DNA of 64,000 nt from an uncultured Desulfobacter sp. (GCA_963665095.1 OY762069.1:6592001-6656000); one strand, 5' to 3'. Shown: positions 49,348-60,275, counted from the first letter of the stretch. Made by a program: numbers and translations. Notes: a model not told the origin generated them from the letters alone.

Positions 49348-51519
49348 ATGACTGAAAATCCGCTGCACCACCTGATGAAGCCATCGTCCATTGCCCTGTT
49401 CGGGGCAGGTAATAATTTCATGAAAATGGGCACCATGCAGGCCTTAAGTATTGTTAAGGACGGGTATCAGGGCCAGATTTTGCCGGTCCATCCAAAAGAA
49501 AAAACAGTGATGGGGTTTAAAGCCTATGCCAGTGTGGCAGACCTTCCCATGACGCCGGATTTAGGTTTTTTGGTCGTTCCCTCAGACCAGGTGCCTCCCA
49601 TCATGGAGGCCCTGGGCCAAAAGGGGACGAAAAGCGCCATTGTCATAACTGCCGGGTTTGGTGAAACCGGGGAAAAGGGTATAAAACTCCAGGAAGAGCT
49701 TAACCGGATTTCCAAAGAATACAACATCAGATATCTGGGCCCCAACTGTATGGGCATCATCAACTCCGAGATCTGCCTGAACACCACGGTGATGCCCTAT
49801 ACCTATGCCAAAGGCGCACTGGGGTTTGCCTCCCAGAGCGGCACCTATGTGACCCAGACCATTCCCTATCTGGGACGGCGGGGCATCCGGTTCAGCAAGG
49901 CCATAAGCCTTGGCAACAGTGCCAGTATTGACCTCATTGATGCCCTGGAATACCTGGGCCAGGACAAACAGACCCGTGCCATTGCCCTGTATATTGAAAG
50001 CATTAAGGATGTCAGACGGTTTGTGGAAACAGCGCGGAAAATTACCCCGCATAAACCGGTGGTGGCCCAGTATGTGGGCGGTTCTGAGGCCGGTGCCAGG
50101 TCGGCCATGAGCCACACAGGGTCCCTGGCGGCTCCTGACCCCCTTTATCAGGGGCTGTTTCGCCAGGCCGGGGTGATCCGGGTTGATTCCATAGAGGCGT
50201 TATATGAACTGGGTAATATGCTGGCCCAGACACCTGACCTTTGCGGCCCGCGCATCGGAATTGTGACCAATTCCGGCGGCCCCGGTTCGGCCATGGCCAA
50301 TGTCCTGGAAAAAGAGGGTCTTGCGGTGCCTCAGTTTTCCCCGGCCCTTCAGGCAGAAATCAGTCAGTTGATTCCTGAGCATGCCCCCTGCGGCAACCCA
50401 GTGGACCTGACCTTTCATCTGGACTTTGAGACCCTGACCCAGAAAATTCCAGGCATCATTCTTGACAGCGGCGAGGTGGACGGCCTGATTATCCACGGTG
50501 CCGTGCGTAAAGGGTATTTTGTCGAAGTCTACAAACATATTCAGGATTATCTGGGCAATATGTCCCTGGATCAACTGCTCAGTGATTACCAGCCCATCCC
50601 GGATAAAAGCCTGACCCTGGCCAAAGAATATGGGAAACCCGTGGTTATATCGAGTTTTTTTGGCCGGGATGACGACTACACCGTGGCATACCGTGACCAC
50701 GGTATGCCTGTATTTAACGGGCCGGAAAAGGCAGCCCTGGGCATGGCCGCGTTGTATCAGCACAGTCAGATCAGACAGGCCCCGGCATGGCAGCCCCCTG
50801 ACGTGCCAGATCCGCCGCAACAGGCCTGTGACCTGATAACCACTGCGTTGGATAAGGGGCAGTCCAGCCTGGATGAGTGTCATGCCAAACTATTGTTAAA
50901 GGCCTGGGGTGTGCCAACAGTGGAAGAGATCCTGGCCCATGAAAAAGACCAGGCCCTGGCAGCTGCTCAGACCCTGGGGTTCCCCCTGGCAATGAAAGCC
51001 TGCGCCCCGGACATCCTTCATAAAAGCGGGCATGGCCTGATAAAATTGAATGTCAAAAGCGTTGATGAAGCCGCCCAGGCCTGGGATGAGATCCAGGCGG
51101 CCCGGGGGCAGGAGGTGCCGGTACTGGTCAGCCCCATGGTCAACGGACAACGGGAACTGGTGGCAGGCATCACAGCTTGTGAGGGGTTTGGCCCCTCCGT
51201 GATGTTCGGCATTGGCGGCATTCTCACAGAAGCCCTGAATGATGTGGTCTTCAGGCCGGCCCCCGTCAGTGTTGATGATGCCGCCCAGATGATAGAAGAT
51301 ATCCGTTCCAGAAAACTGTTAGGTCCTGTCAGGGGCATGCCGGCCGTCAATACCCAGGCCCTGGCCGGCCTTTTGTCCAGGTTAAGCCTGATTCCCCTGG
51401 CCCATCCCCAAATAAGCGAGATTGATATCAATCCATTGATTGTTCAGGGCGGCGACCCTGTTGCCGTGGATGCCCTGGTGGTGCTCAACCCGCCGGAAGA
51501 CTCTGGGGACAAAAGCTGA
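49348..51519 (+). CDS. ADP-forming acetate/acyl-CoA ligase, fused alpha-beta
   Basis: PSSIALFGA, LGPNCMG, SQSG, SHTGSLA (phospho-His), TNSGG, NPVD, ATP-grasp LHKS, EIDINPL. Confidence 0.92.
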   Translation: MTENPLHHLMKPSSIALFGAGNNFMKMGTMQALSIVKDGYQGQILPVHPKEKTVMGFKAYASVADLPMTPDLGFLVVPSDQVPPIMEALGQKGTKSAIVITAGFGETGEKGIKLQEELNRISKEYNIRYLGPNCMGIINSEICLNTTVMPYTYAKGALGFASQSGTYVTQTIPYLGRRGIRFSKAISLGNSASIDLIDALEYLGQDKQTRAIALYIESIKDVRRFVETARKITPHKPVVAQYVGGSEAGARSAMSHTGSLAAPDPLYQGLFRQAGVIRVDSIEALYELGNMLAQTPDLCGPRIGIVTNSGGPGSAMANVLEKEGLAVPQFSPALQAEISQLIPEHAPCGNPVDLTFHLDFETLTQKIPGIILDSGEVDGLIIHGAVRKGYFVEVYKHIQDYLGNMSLDQLLSDYQPIPDKSLTLAKEYGKPVVISSFFGRDDDYTVAYRDHGMPVFNGPEKAALGMAALYQHSQIRQAPAWQPPDVPDPPQQACDLITTALDKGQSSLDECHAKLLLKAWGVPTVEEILAHEKDQALAAAQTLGFPLAMKACAPDILHKSGHGLIKLNVKSVDEAAQAWDEIQAARGQEVPVLVSPMVNGQRELVAGITACEGFGPSVMFGIGGILTEALNDVVFRPAPVSVDDAAQMIEDIRSRKLLGPVRGMPAVNTQALAGLLSRLSLIPLAHPQISEIDINPLIVQGGDPVAVDALVVLNPPEDSGDKS

Positions 51520-51525
51520 AGCGCA

Positions 51526-52674
51526 TCAAAGCCGTTCAGCAATGATTTCAGACAGCTCTTTGACCTGGATGCGGTCTGCCATGTTTCCTGATTTAACCGC
51601 ATCCTCAAACATGGTGGCACATACCGGGCAGGTCACAGCCAGAATCTGCGCCCCTGTTTCCGCGGCTTCCTCGACTCTTTTGGCTGCAGGGCTGTCCGGT
51701 CCGCCGCCGAGGACATCGGTAAACACATTGCCGCCACCGCCGCCGCAGCAAAACGAATTTTGAAAACTGCGGTCCATTTCAACCAGGGTGATTCCCGGTA
51801 CTTTCCCAAGGACCCGTCTGGCCGAGGCATATTCCATATTGTGGCGTCCGAGATAACATGAATCATGGAAGGTCACGGTCAGGGGCGGTGCGGAAGAAGC
51901 AAAGGTGAACTGGTCCATGATTTTTTCAAGGATCTGGGAATAGTGAAAAACGCCGATGCCTTCAAGGGGATAATCCTTTTTCATGGTGTTATAGGCATGG
52001 GGGGAGAGCGTGATGATATTTTTGACCTCTCGGTCCCGGAACAGTGTCATGTTCTGTTCAACAATATGGTCGAACAGCTCCTTTTCTCCCATGGCCCGGA
52101 CGTCGTTGCCGTCACAGCGTTCATCCCTTCCCAGGATGCCAAAAGAGATGCCGCCTTTTATTAAAAGGGATGCCACGGATGCGGCCATCAACTGTCCCCT
52201 TGGGTCAAAGCTGCCGGCATCGCCCACGTAGAAAAGGTAGTCCTGGTCGCAGTAGGGCGCAATATCAAGGTCTTTTGCCCACAGCCCTCTTTTTTTGGGC
52301 GGGATGCCGTAAAGGTTGCCATGGCTCAATGCCCGGGTCAGGCAGTCCCGGACAGTTGGCGGCACAGTTCCCTGGTTCACCAGCTCCTGTTTTCCGGCTG
52401 TAAAGGCATCCAGCAGGTGGTCCTTGATTTTGGGCATGGTACAGTGGGCCACACAGTTCCCGCAGGAGGCGCATGAGAACATGATCTCCTGGAACCGTTT
52501 CCCCGGCTCGATCCTGCCGTTCATCCACGCATAAAGCAGCCACATCCTGCCGCCGGGGGAAAATGTCTCAAACCGGTATGTTGCATAGGAGGGACAGTTG
52601 ATGTCCGCGTAATTGCCCGGAAATTTGCAGTAACCGCATCGAAAACACCTGTGTAATATCTCCTGGTATTCCAT
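51526..52674 (-). CDS. Fe-S oxidoreductase with 4Fe-4S and CCG domains (GlcF/HdrD-like)
   Basis: CFRCGYC, CASCGNCVAHC, FHDSCYLGRH, CCGGGGG, TCPVC. Confidence 0.9.
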   Translation of the reverse strand: MEYQEILHRCFRCGYCKFPGNYADINCPSYATYRFETFSPGGRMWLLYAWMNGRIEPGKRFQEIMFSCASCGNCVAHCTMPKIKDHLLDAFTAGKQELVNQGTVPPTVRDCLTRALSHGNLYGIPPKKRGLWAKDLDIAPYCDQDYLFYVGDAGSFDPRGQLMAASVASLLIKGGISFGILGRDERCDGNDVRAMGEKELFDHIVEQNMTLFRDREVKNIITLSPHAYNTMKKDYPLEGIGVFHYSQILEKIMDQFTFASSAPPLTVTFHDSCYLGRHNMEYASARRVLGKVPGITLVEMDRSFQNSFCCGGGGGNVFTDVLGGGPDSPAAKRVEEAAETGAQILAVTCPVCATMFEDAVKSGNMADRIQVKELSEIIAERL

Positions 52675-52675
52675 A

Positions 52676-54055
52676 TCAATCCTTCTCCCAGTTTCCGGGG
52701 TTCATAATACCCTTGGGGTCCAGTACGCCCCTGATCCGGGTCATCAGCTCAAACATGCCGGGGTCCATTTTTTCAATAATCTGTTTCTGGGCCGGGGCTT
52801 CGGCTTTCCAGGGGATGCCGCCCAGGGCAATCACCGCTTCATTGGTCATCTCAAGGGCTTTCTGGGCCTTTGCCACATCTTGCGCATCTGCACGGTTAAA
52901 TGCATAGGAGTAGAAAAACATCATGCAGTGGTTCACCCCGATGATTCGTGAGCCCATGGAGTAGGTCGTGCCGGCCTTTTCAGCCACCTCAATGCCGATG
53001 GCATAGGCGTCCGGGTATTTTTCCACCGGCATGATAGCCCCCACATATTCAAACCCCCCGCCTTTTTTGGTGTCGGCAAACCGCGACAGGGTCCGGGACG
53101 GGACGTCGAGAAAGGCTGTCTTCATCACCTCGGGCAGCATCATGAACCCCCCGGTTTTATCCTCTATATAGGATTTTACCGATGCCCGGATCAGGTTGCG
53201 TTTCCACACCAGTTCCTCGCTGCTGTGTGCCCCGTAATGGACATTGCAATGCTGGAACCCTTCAGTCCAGTTGGGCTTGGGGATCATCCAGGTGACAACG
53301 TCCTCGGCCAGCTGGACCCCGGTGAGCCGGTTTAAGATATCAGGCATCATGGCGGGATTTTCATGGACAAAAATGCTGACGTCATTGATGGGATAAACCG
53401 GATAGAGCTTGATGGACAGTTTTGTGACCACCCCGGTGGTACCGGCCCACCCCAGGAAAAGACCTGCCAGATCCGGCAGGGGTGCCCGTGCAAACCACTG
53501 GTCCGAGGCGGCGCAGGAACCGATTTTGACAATCTGTCCGTCCGGCAGTACCACCTCAAGGCCGTTGAGCATGTCTGAATGGAATCCTGCTGCATGGGAG
53601 AGGTGGCCGGAGCCGAAGATCGTGACATTCCCGGCCACCGTGGCGATGGGCGGGGCATCCGGCATGGAGTGTTTTAAGCACGGATGGTGTTTTTTCAGGT
53701 AGGCCTGCAGCATACCCTGGGCCGCCCCCGCCTCCACCACGGCATAGCGGCTGATCTCATTGACCTCAATAATCCGGTTCATCCGTTTCATATCAAGGAT
53801 GATGCCGCCCTTTAATGCCCTTGTCAGGCCGGACAGCACCAGGCCCGCCCCCATGGGCACCACCGGTATGCCCTGGGCGCCGGCATATTTCACGATCTGA
53901 GATACTTCTTCAGGGGTTTTAGGCATCACCACGACATCCGGGCTGGCCGGGGCCATGGTGCCCGGATCCATGGAGTAAATATAGAGCTCTTCGGCCTGTC
54001 CGGATACATACTCCTTTCCGACAATGGCACCAAGTGCCTGCACAATATCAGTCAT
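52676..54055 (-). CDS. FAD-binding oxidoreductase (GlcD/VAO family)
   Basis: PDVVVMP, P.GAG..LSG, LDMKRMNRI, GLEVVLPDG, GTTGVVTK, DPKGIMNPG; SD GAGGAG. Confidence 0.9.
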   Translation of the reverse strand: MTDIVQALGAIVGKEYVSGQAEELYIYSMDPGTMAPASPDVVVMPKTPEEVSQIVKYAGAQGIPVVPMGAGLVLSGLTRALKGGIILDMKRMNRIIEVNEISRYAVVEAGAAQGMLQAYLKKHHPCLKHSMPDAPPIATVAGNVTIFGSGHLSHAAGFHSDMLNGLEVVLPDGQIVKIGSCAASDQWFARAPLPDLAGLFLGWAGTTGVVTKLSIKLYPVYPINDVSIFVHENPAMMPDILNRLTGVQLAEDVVTWMIPKPNWTEGFQHCNVHYGAHSSEELVWKRNLIRASVKSYIEDKTGGFMMLPEVMKTAFLDVPSRTLSRFADTKKGGGFEYVGAIMPVEKYPDAYAIGIEVAEKAGTTYSMGSRIIGVNHCMMFFYSYAFNRADAQDVAKAQKALEMTNEAVIALGGIPWKAEAPAQKQIIEKMDPGMFELMTRIRGVLDPKGIMNPGNWEKD

Positions 54056-54119
54056 AGATACACTCCTCAATCAAAAGGCTTACAATAGGACCAGGATACT
54101 TACGACAGGGCCAGAGGGC

Positions 54120-55136
54120 TTACGGCAGCGCCAGCTGACATAAGTCACTCATCAGAATCGGCATGATCCCCCTTTGCGCAACTGCATCTCCTAAGGTGAA
54201 CAGGCATGCCGGACAGTTGAAAACGCAATACTGGGCACCGGCGTTCTCCATATCATCAAGATTTTTTTTCTGGATTTCGTCTGCGAGATCGTCCCTTTGA
54301 TGAATCCTTGGGACCCCGCCGCAGCACAGGGCGTTTGCCCGGTCATATTCCCGCTCCACGCGGTCTGCACCGATTTTTTTGAAAATATCATCCACCCAGT
54401 GCTGGGTCTCCGGAATCAGCCGGTTGGAGCATGGCCGCTGGTAGGCCACCTTTGCATTTAAAGGCTGTAACTCCCCTTTATGCTCCCCAAGCTTTTTGTC
54501 CAGGTATTCAAACAGGTGGACGCTTTTAAAGGGCACATCAATGCCAAAGGCCGGGGCTAAGTGAGTAAAAGTCCCGTAACATTCATCATGAAAGCAGATG
54601 ATCTCATCCACGCCGCTGTCTTCAAGATAATAGGTTTGGATGGTATCAATCACTTTGGGCAGCCGTTCACGGATTACGGAATTTTTTGCAAAATGGAGCC
54701 ACATAATATTGCAGAAAATATCGCTCCCCACGATGGTGGAGACGCCGTCATACAATTTTCCCCTTATACATCCCGAAAGCATGGGGAAATAACACATGTC
54801 TATCACCGGTTTGGAAACCTTCAAAGGTTTGGCATCCCCCCTTGGGGCCATCATGCGCAGCTGCTGTTTTTCCAGAGGAACCGGTGCCGGCAGGATGCCT
54901 AAACGTTCCTGCTGCTCGACAATCTGGTAAAAGGGATGGTTGCTGTTGGGGCAATATTCTTCGCAGGCATAGCATGTGACGCAAGCCTCAAGGGTTCTGG
55001 CCCTTTCCCCGTTGAGGATGGCAAGTTTCTCTTTTCTGGCCTCCCCAAGGTCATAATCGAGATACTGGCACCTTGTAAGGCAGTCAACAGTGGTGCAGGA
55101 CGAACATATTTCAGGGTTGAATTGAAGTTTGAACAC
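54120..55136 (-). CDS. Fe-S binding CCG-domain protein
   Basis: CSSC...C...C, CVTCYACEEYCP, YQRPC, LCCGG, NCPAC. Confidence 0.88.
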   Translation of the reverse strand: MFKLQFNPEICSSCTTVDCLTRCQYLDYDLGEARKEKLAILNGERARTLEACVTCYACEEYCPNSNHPFYQIVEQQERLGILPAPVPLEKQQLRMMAPRGDAKPLKVSKPVIDMCYFPMLSGCIRGKLYDGVSTIVGSDIFCNIMWLHFAKNSVIRERLPKVIDTIQTYYLEDSGVDEIICFHDECYGTFTHLAPAFGIDVPFKSVHLFEYLDKKLGEHKGELQPLNAKVAYQRPCSNRLIPETQHWVDDIFKKIGADRVEREYDRANALCCGGVPRIHQRDDLADEIQKKNLDDMENAGAQYCVFNCPACLFTLGDAVAQRGIMPILMSDLCQLALP

Positions 55137-55363
55137 GGTACCTCCTGTTTTTGAAATAGGTACACTTACTTGAACATCTTTTTCTGCTTTTTGAGCATAT
55201 GACTATAATTCGCCATCCATTGTCAAGAAAAAATTAGCGTTCATTCAAAAAAAGAAAAAAGATGGTTTCTAAAATTATTTTGTTTGTATTAGATTCATGT
55301 TAGAGTTCCCTGACGTATCAATTTTAAATGGACGATTTAAAAACAAAAGACTCAGAAACTTAA

Positions 55364-56035
55364 ATGGAACGAAAGCAGGCAACTCTAAATTTATTCTCCA
55401 TTCCGGAGTTGATAACCGGATTCAGTGTTCGTGGCCGAATCATGGAGCAGTTCACGCCACTGTTCCTGTTGCTTGTCACCTGCCAAACGCCTGTGGTGCT
55501 GATCTGGCTGAAAATCATTCCTTTTGAATACCGGTTTTATGCGTTCTTTTTCGCCCTGGCCGGGCTGACTTACTTCTGTTTTCACAGACGTTACCGCCTG
55601 GACGAACTGGGTTTCCGTATTGATACACTCAAAAGTGCCATGGAACTGAATCTTTTATTCTGTGCCATCGGGGGCATGGCCCTTTATATTTCATACAGGG
55701 CCGGACTGTTAATACCAAAGAACCAAAATTCTTTTTCTTTTATTTATGTGGTCTACATTTTTTTTCTGGCACCTGTTCAGGAGATCATTTTCAGAGGGAT
55801 TCTGTTTGCAGAGACCCGGCGGATTCAAAGTTGCAGCAACCGCCTGTTTTTATGGGTATCTACCCTGTCTTTCTGCTTCCTGCACGTTATTTACGGAAAC
55901 CCGCAGATACTGATCATTGCAGCTATCAGCGGATTTATATGGGGAATACTTTTTATAAAACGGCCCAATATCTGGGGGGTCGCCCTTTCCCACGCCTTTC
56001 TCGGATCCCTGGCCATGGTCCTTGGCCTGTTTTAG
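55364..56035 (+). CDS. CPBP (CAAX/Abi) intramembrane protease family protein
   Basis: APVQEIIFRG, F..LH, SHAFLG; start uncertain. Confidence 0.8.
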   Translation: MERKQATLNLFSIPELITGFSVRGRIMEQFTPLFLLLVTCQTPVVLIWLKIIPFEYRFYAFFFALAGLTYFCFHRRYRLDELGFRIDTLKSAMELNLLFCAIGGMALYISYRAGLLIPKNQNSFSFIYVVYIFFLAPVQEIIFRGILFAETRRIQSCSNRLFLWVSTLSFCFLHVIYGNPQILIIAAISGFIWGILFIKRPNIWGVALSHAFLGSLAMVLGLF

Positions 56036-56314
56036 ATCCTCCCTGAAAATCAATAGAGTAGTATTTTTCCGCCTGCTTTTGCGGATATGGTTTCGTTTCT
56101 GTCAATTACAGCCTGTTGGTCTTGATTCAGTGATAACTTATTCACTGATCCGTTTTCTTATTTCCAGGGCTTCAACAGCATTTGACCGCCATGGTTTCGA
56201 AAAAGTTTTCATTACTTTGAAATTTAAATAAAAAAAGTAATGAAAATTTAATTGACATGCGAATATTCTGCCATACCTTTATCCCGTCAACAACAAAACC
56301 AATGGAGGTAACAC

Positions 56315-58210
56315 ATGAGCCACATAATCGGAATCGACCTGGGTACCACAAACTCCTGCGTATCCATACTCGAAAACAGTAAACCAATTGTTATTACCAA
56401 CCCCGAGGGGGGAAGAACCACGCCGTCGGTTGTGGCGGTAACCAAAAGCGGGGAGCGCCTGGTGGGTCAGGCTGCCCGGCGCCAGGCCGTCACCAATCCG
56501 GAAAATACCGTATTCGGGGTAAAACGTCTGATCGGGCGGAATTTTGACGCCCCTGAAGTTCAGGCGGATCTGCCTATTCTTCCCTATAAAATCAACAAGG
56601 CTGCCAACGGCGGGGTGGCCGTTCAGATGAACGGAAAGGATCACACGCCTGCTCAGATCTCTTCTTTTATCCTGGCCAATATCAAAAAAACGGCTGAAGA
56701 GTATCTTGGTGAAAAGGTGACGGACGCGGTGATCACCGTCCCTGCCTACTTTAATGACAGCCAGCGCCAGGCCACAAAGGATGCGGGAAAAATTGCAGGA
56801 CTCAATGTGCTGCGTATCATTAATGAGCCCACAGCAGCATCGCTTGCCTTTGGCCTGGATAAAAAGGATGAGGAGAAGATTGCCGTATTCGACCTTGGCG
56901 GTGGCACCTTTGATATCTCCATCCTGGAACTTGGCGGCGGAGTATTTGAAGTCAAATCCACCAATGGGGACACCCATCTGGGTGGCGAGGACTTTGACCT
57001 GCAGATTGTCAATTTCCTGGCAGATGAGTTTAAAAAAGATCAGGGCATTGATCTGCGGAATGATACCATGGCGCTCCAGCGGCTCAAAGAGGCGGCGGAA
57101 AAGGCCAAACAGGAGCTCTCCTCCTCTTTGGAGACAGAGATTAATCTGCCCTTTATCACCGCAGATGCCTCAGGTCCGAAACATCTGAACATCAAGATGA
57201 GCCGGGCCAGGCTTGAAAGCCTGGTGGCAGGACTGCTGGACCGGCTGGAAGGGCCTTGTGTTACCGCTGTCAAAGATGCAGGGCTTGATTTTTCCGACAT
57301 CCACCGGGTGATCCTGGTTGGCGGGATGACCCGGATGCCTGCGGTCCAGGCCAGGGTGGAAAAGATCTTCGGCAGAACTGCCGACAAGGGCGTCAATCCC
57401 GACGAGGTGGTGGCCCTGGGCGCTGCCATCCAGGGGGGTATTCTTAAAGGCGATCTGGAAGATGTGCTGCTGCTGGATGTCACACCCCTCTCACTGGGTA
57501 TTGAGACCCTGGGTGGTGTGATGACACGGCTGATCGAGAAAAATACCACCATCCCGGTGCAGAAAAGTGAGGTTTTCTCCACAGCTGATGACAATCAGCC
57601 CGCCGTTACCATACATGTACTCCAGGGCGAACGGGAGATGGCCTCGGACAACAAACTGCTTGGCCAGTTTGAGCTCACCGGTATTACACCTGCTCCCAGG
57701 GGAACACCTCAGATTGAAGTGACCTTTGATATTGATGCCAACGGCATTGTCAATGTATCGGCCAAAGACAAGGCAACAGGCAAGGCCCAGTCTATTCGGA
57801 TTACGTCCTCTTCCGGGCTCTCCAGGGAGGAGATCGACGCCCTGATAAAAGATGCTGAGCGTCATGCTGGTGAGGACCGGCGGAAAAAGGACCTGGTTAC
57901 GGCCAGAAACCAGGCGGATCAGTTGATCTACCAGACCGAAAAGATCGTGGCCGGTTCAGACGTTCCTGTGGATGCAGATACCCGAAGCCGCCTGGAAGGG
58001 CTGGCCAATGATTTGAAAGAGGCGGTAAAGTCAGATGATGTGAGCCGGATCAACGCGGCAGTCGAGCGCCTGAACCAGGCCCTGCACACCATGAGCCAGG
58101 CAGCCTATGCCCAGACAGGCGATCAGTCTTCAGGGCAGGGCAGGGCTGACAGCAAAGCATCGGCCCAGGATGATGATATTATTGATGCTGAGTTTTCAGA
58201 CGTTGCTTAA
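56315..58210 (+). CDS. dnaK: Molecular chaperone DnaK
   Basis: [43 protein letters not shown]-terminal DDDIIDAEF. Confidence 0.97.
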   Translation: MSHIIGIDLGTTNSCVSILENSKPIVITNPEGGRTTPSVVAVTKSGERLVGQAARRQAVTNPENTVFGVKRLIGRNFDAPEVQADLPILPYKINKAANGGVAVQMNGKDHTPAQISSFILANIKKTAEEYLGEKVTDAVITVPAYFNDSQRQATKDAGKIAGLNVLRIINEPTAASLAFGLDKKDEEKIAVFDLGGGTFDISILELGGGVFEVKSTNGDTHLGGEDFDLQIVNFLADEFKKDQGIDLRNDTMALQRLKEAAEKAKQELSSSLETEINLPFITADASGPKHLNIKMSRARLESLVAGLLDRLEGPCVTAVKDAGLDFSDIHRVILVGGMTRMPAVQARVEKIFGRTADKGVNPDEVVALGAAIQGGILKGDLEDVLLLDVTPLSLGIETLGGVMTRLIEKNTTIPVQKSEVFSTADDNQPAVTIHVLQGEREMASDNKLLGQFELTGITPAPRGTPQIEVTFDIDANGIVNVSAKDKATGKAQSIRITSSSGLSREEIDALIKDAERHAGEDRRKKDLVTARNQADQLIYQTEKIVAGSDVPVDADTRSRLEGLANDLKEAVKSDDVSRINAAVERLNQALHTMSQAAYAQTGDQSSGQGRADSKASAQDDDIIDAEFSDVA

Positions 58211-58224
58211 TTTTAAATAACCTT

Positions 58225-58257
58225 TTTACCCGATCCCCTGCCGGGGGATCGGGTAAA
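58225..58257. terminator. Hairpin 1 after dnaK
   Basis: TTTACCCGATCCCC / GGGGATCGGGTAAA perfect 14-bp stem. Confidence 0.65.
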
Positions 58258-58263
58258 GATATA

Positions 58264-58292
58264 AACAAGCCCGTCAAAATGACGGGCTTGTT
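58264..58292. terminator. Bidirectional terminator between dnaK and the sufB-like gene
   Basis: AACAAGCCCGTCA / TGACGGGCTTGTT 13-bp stem. Confidence 0.7.
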
Positions 58293-58359
58293 CTATTCAG
58301 TGCATTGCATTTGCAATTGTGTCAGGGCCGGACCCGGAGCAAAAGGCCTGCCCTGGCGG

Positions 58360-59280
58360 TTACTTCAGAAAACCCCGGATGATTCTGTCCACGGCTTCAT
58401 CGTAAGTGAGCCCTAAGCTCATCAGCTTGATCAGCTGATCATTGGCTATTTTTCCAATGGATGCTTCGTGGGTCAGTTCTGCATCTGGGTGCAGGGCCCG
58501 CAAGGCCGGTACGGTTTCATTCACGCCATTGTCCATAATGATGGCGTCACATTCGATATGGCCAAAGCTTCTGGCCCTTGCTTCCACATTGGCGTAAAAA
58601 TCCTGCTTGGAGTTCTCTTTGATCACGGACCGGGATACCAGGTTTGTCTTACTGTCATCACCCTTGAGAACAATATTGTTTTCCGAAACAGCGATCTGGT
58701 TCCCTTCAGTGAGGATACGCTCCGTGACAAAAAGGGAGCTTCCTGGCCCCAGTTCCGCTTCATTCACCCGTTTTGCCTCGTCTACACCGCCTATCTGGGT
58801 CAGCTCCATCTCCACCACGCTGTTTTCGTCCATATATACCTTTGTGGTGGGGTTCAGGCTGCGTTTACCTTTTCCTTCACCTGTGGCAACGTGTTTCTCC
58901 TGGTAGCGGACTGTGGCGTTTTTACCCACCCGGAATTCATGGATGCCCTCGTGCCCTTCGGCTTTGCTGCCGGCACAGTGGATGCCGCATCCGGCAACAA
59001 TGGTGACATCGGCGCCTTCGCCAATGATAAAGGTGTTGTATACCACGTCATGGAGGCCGGCCTGGCTGAGTATCACCGGGATGTGTACCGATTCATTAAT
59101 TACGCCCGGTTTGACAGTCACCACAATGCCAGTCCCGTCTTCATTGGGTTCAATGTTGATATTTCCGGACACCTGGCGTGATAACAGTGTCCCGTTTTTT
59201 CGGATATTGAACGCACCTGTGGGGATACCATCCAGGTTTGCCACTGCCTTTAACAGTTTTTTATCTATAGCATCTAGCAT
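58360..59280 (-). CDS. SufB/SufD-family Fe-S scaffold (SmsB-type, short form)
   Basis: VHIPV, VAGCGIH, GHIECDAI, LTHEASIG, LMSLGL...EA...II.GFL. Confidence 0.88.
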   Translation of the reverse strand: MLDAIDKKLLKAVANLDGIPTGAFNIRKNGTLLSRQVSGNINIEPNEDGTGIVVTVKPGVINESVHIPVILSQAGLHDVVYNTFIIGEGADVTIVAGCGIHCAGSKAEGHEGIHEFRVGKNATVRYQEKHVATGEGKGKRSLNPTTKVYMDENSVVEMELTQIGGVDEAKRVNEAELGPGSSLFVTERILTEGNQIAVSENNIVLKGDDSKTNLVSRSVIKENSKQDFYANVEARARSFGHIECDAIIMDNGVNETVPALRALHPDAELTHEASIGKIANDQLIKLMSLGLTYDEAVDRIIRGFLK

Positions 59281-60022
59281 CGATCTCTCCTTCACATACA
59301 TCTGTGTATCCGCAAACACTTAAATCGCTCAGAAGGGGCATGGCGCCTTCCAGGTCTCCGGTATAGGCGATTCGGCCTTCCTTTATGAGGATCAGGCAGT
59401 CTGCTGCCGCAAGAAAGGCCTTGTTATGACTGACAACGATGGTGGTTGTTTCATTGTCCGTGGTTTGCCGTTTTATCAGCTCAACCATGGGCTCTATGGT
59501 CCAAAGATCTATGCCCGTGTCCGGCTCATCATAGATGGCGAGACCTGGATTTCTGGCAATGGTGGTGGCAAGTTCGATCTTTTTTATCTCGCCGCCGGAC
59601 AGTTTGGAATCCACAGGCTTGTCAAGAAAATCCAGGGAGCAGAACCCCACCCTGGCAAGGATATCCATCAGTTGCCCTTCGTCGTCAGTACCGGCGGCAA
59701 TGGACAGAAGATCCCTGAACGTCACCCCCTTGAACCGGGCCGATTGCTGAAATCCATAGGCGATACCCTCCCTGGCCCGATCAGTGATGGTCATATCTGT
59801 GATATCTTTGCCGTTGTATAGGATGTTACCACTGGTTGCCTTGTTGATCCCCATGATAGTTTTGGCCAGGGTGGTCTTTCCCCCGCCATTGGGGCCGGTA
59901 ATACCGTAGAACTTACCCTTTTCAAAGGTAAAGTTGATGCCGTTAAGAATGGTTTTTTCGGCGTGTCCGTTTCCCGCTTCTTCATCGGGTACTGTAAAAT
60001 ATATATCTTTGAGTTCCAGCAT
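59261..60022 (-). CDS. SufC-like ABC ATPase (SmsC-type)
   Basis: GPNGGGKT, LSGGEIKKIE, DEPDTGID; C-terminal Cys-rich tail C.....C.......C; overlaps the sufB-like gene. Confidence 0.85.
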   Translation of the reverse strand: MLELKDIYFTVPDEEAGNGHAEKTILNGINFTFEKGKFYGITGPNGGGKTTLAKTIMGINKATSGNILYNGKDITDMTITDRAREGIAYGFQQSARFKGVTFRDLLSIAAGTDDEGQLMDILARVGFCSLDFLDKPVDSKLSGGEIKKIELATTIARNPGLAIYDEPDTGIDLWTIEPMVELIKRQTTDNETTTIVVSHNKAFLAAADCLILIKEGRIAYTGDLEGAMPLLSDLSVCGYTDVCEGEIDARCYR

Positions 60023-60239
60023 TCTTTTTTTCTCCTGCTGATAATTTATTAAAATGAATGCGTGATCAACTTTGTTAACCTGTTCACTGTATGATTTTCT
60101 CAGGCATTATCAATTCAAAAATAATGCCGAATTTAAAATAACGAAGGCCAAAAATTTTGTAAAATTATAACAATATGAAATTATAGATAAAATGGCCATT
60201 TTTATTTTATTCGGCAGGCGTTGGCGAGGCAGTATGTCT

Positions 60240-60275
60240 GTATCAAAGTAATATTTTGATACGGTATTGTATCAA
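60240..60275. promoter_or_regulatory. Triple half-site palindrome upstream of the sufC/sufB-like pair
   Basis: GTATCAAA-N7-TTTGATAC overlapping TTGATAC-N6-GTATCAA. Confidence 0.45.

Noticed and set aside
56279..57594. Minus-strand ORFs opposite dnaK
   Set aside because: Well-known dnaK antisense ORF artefact
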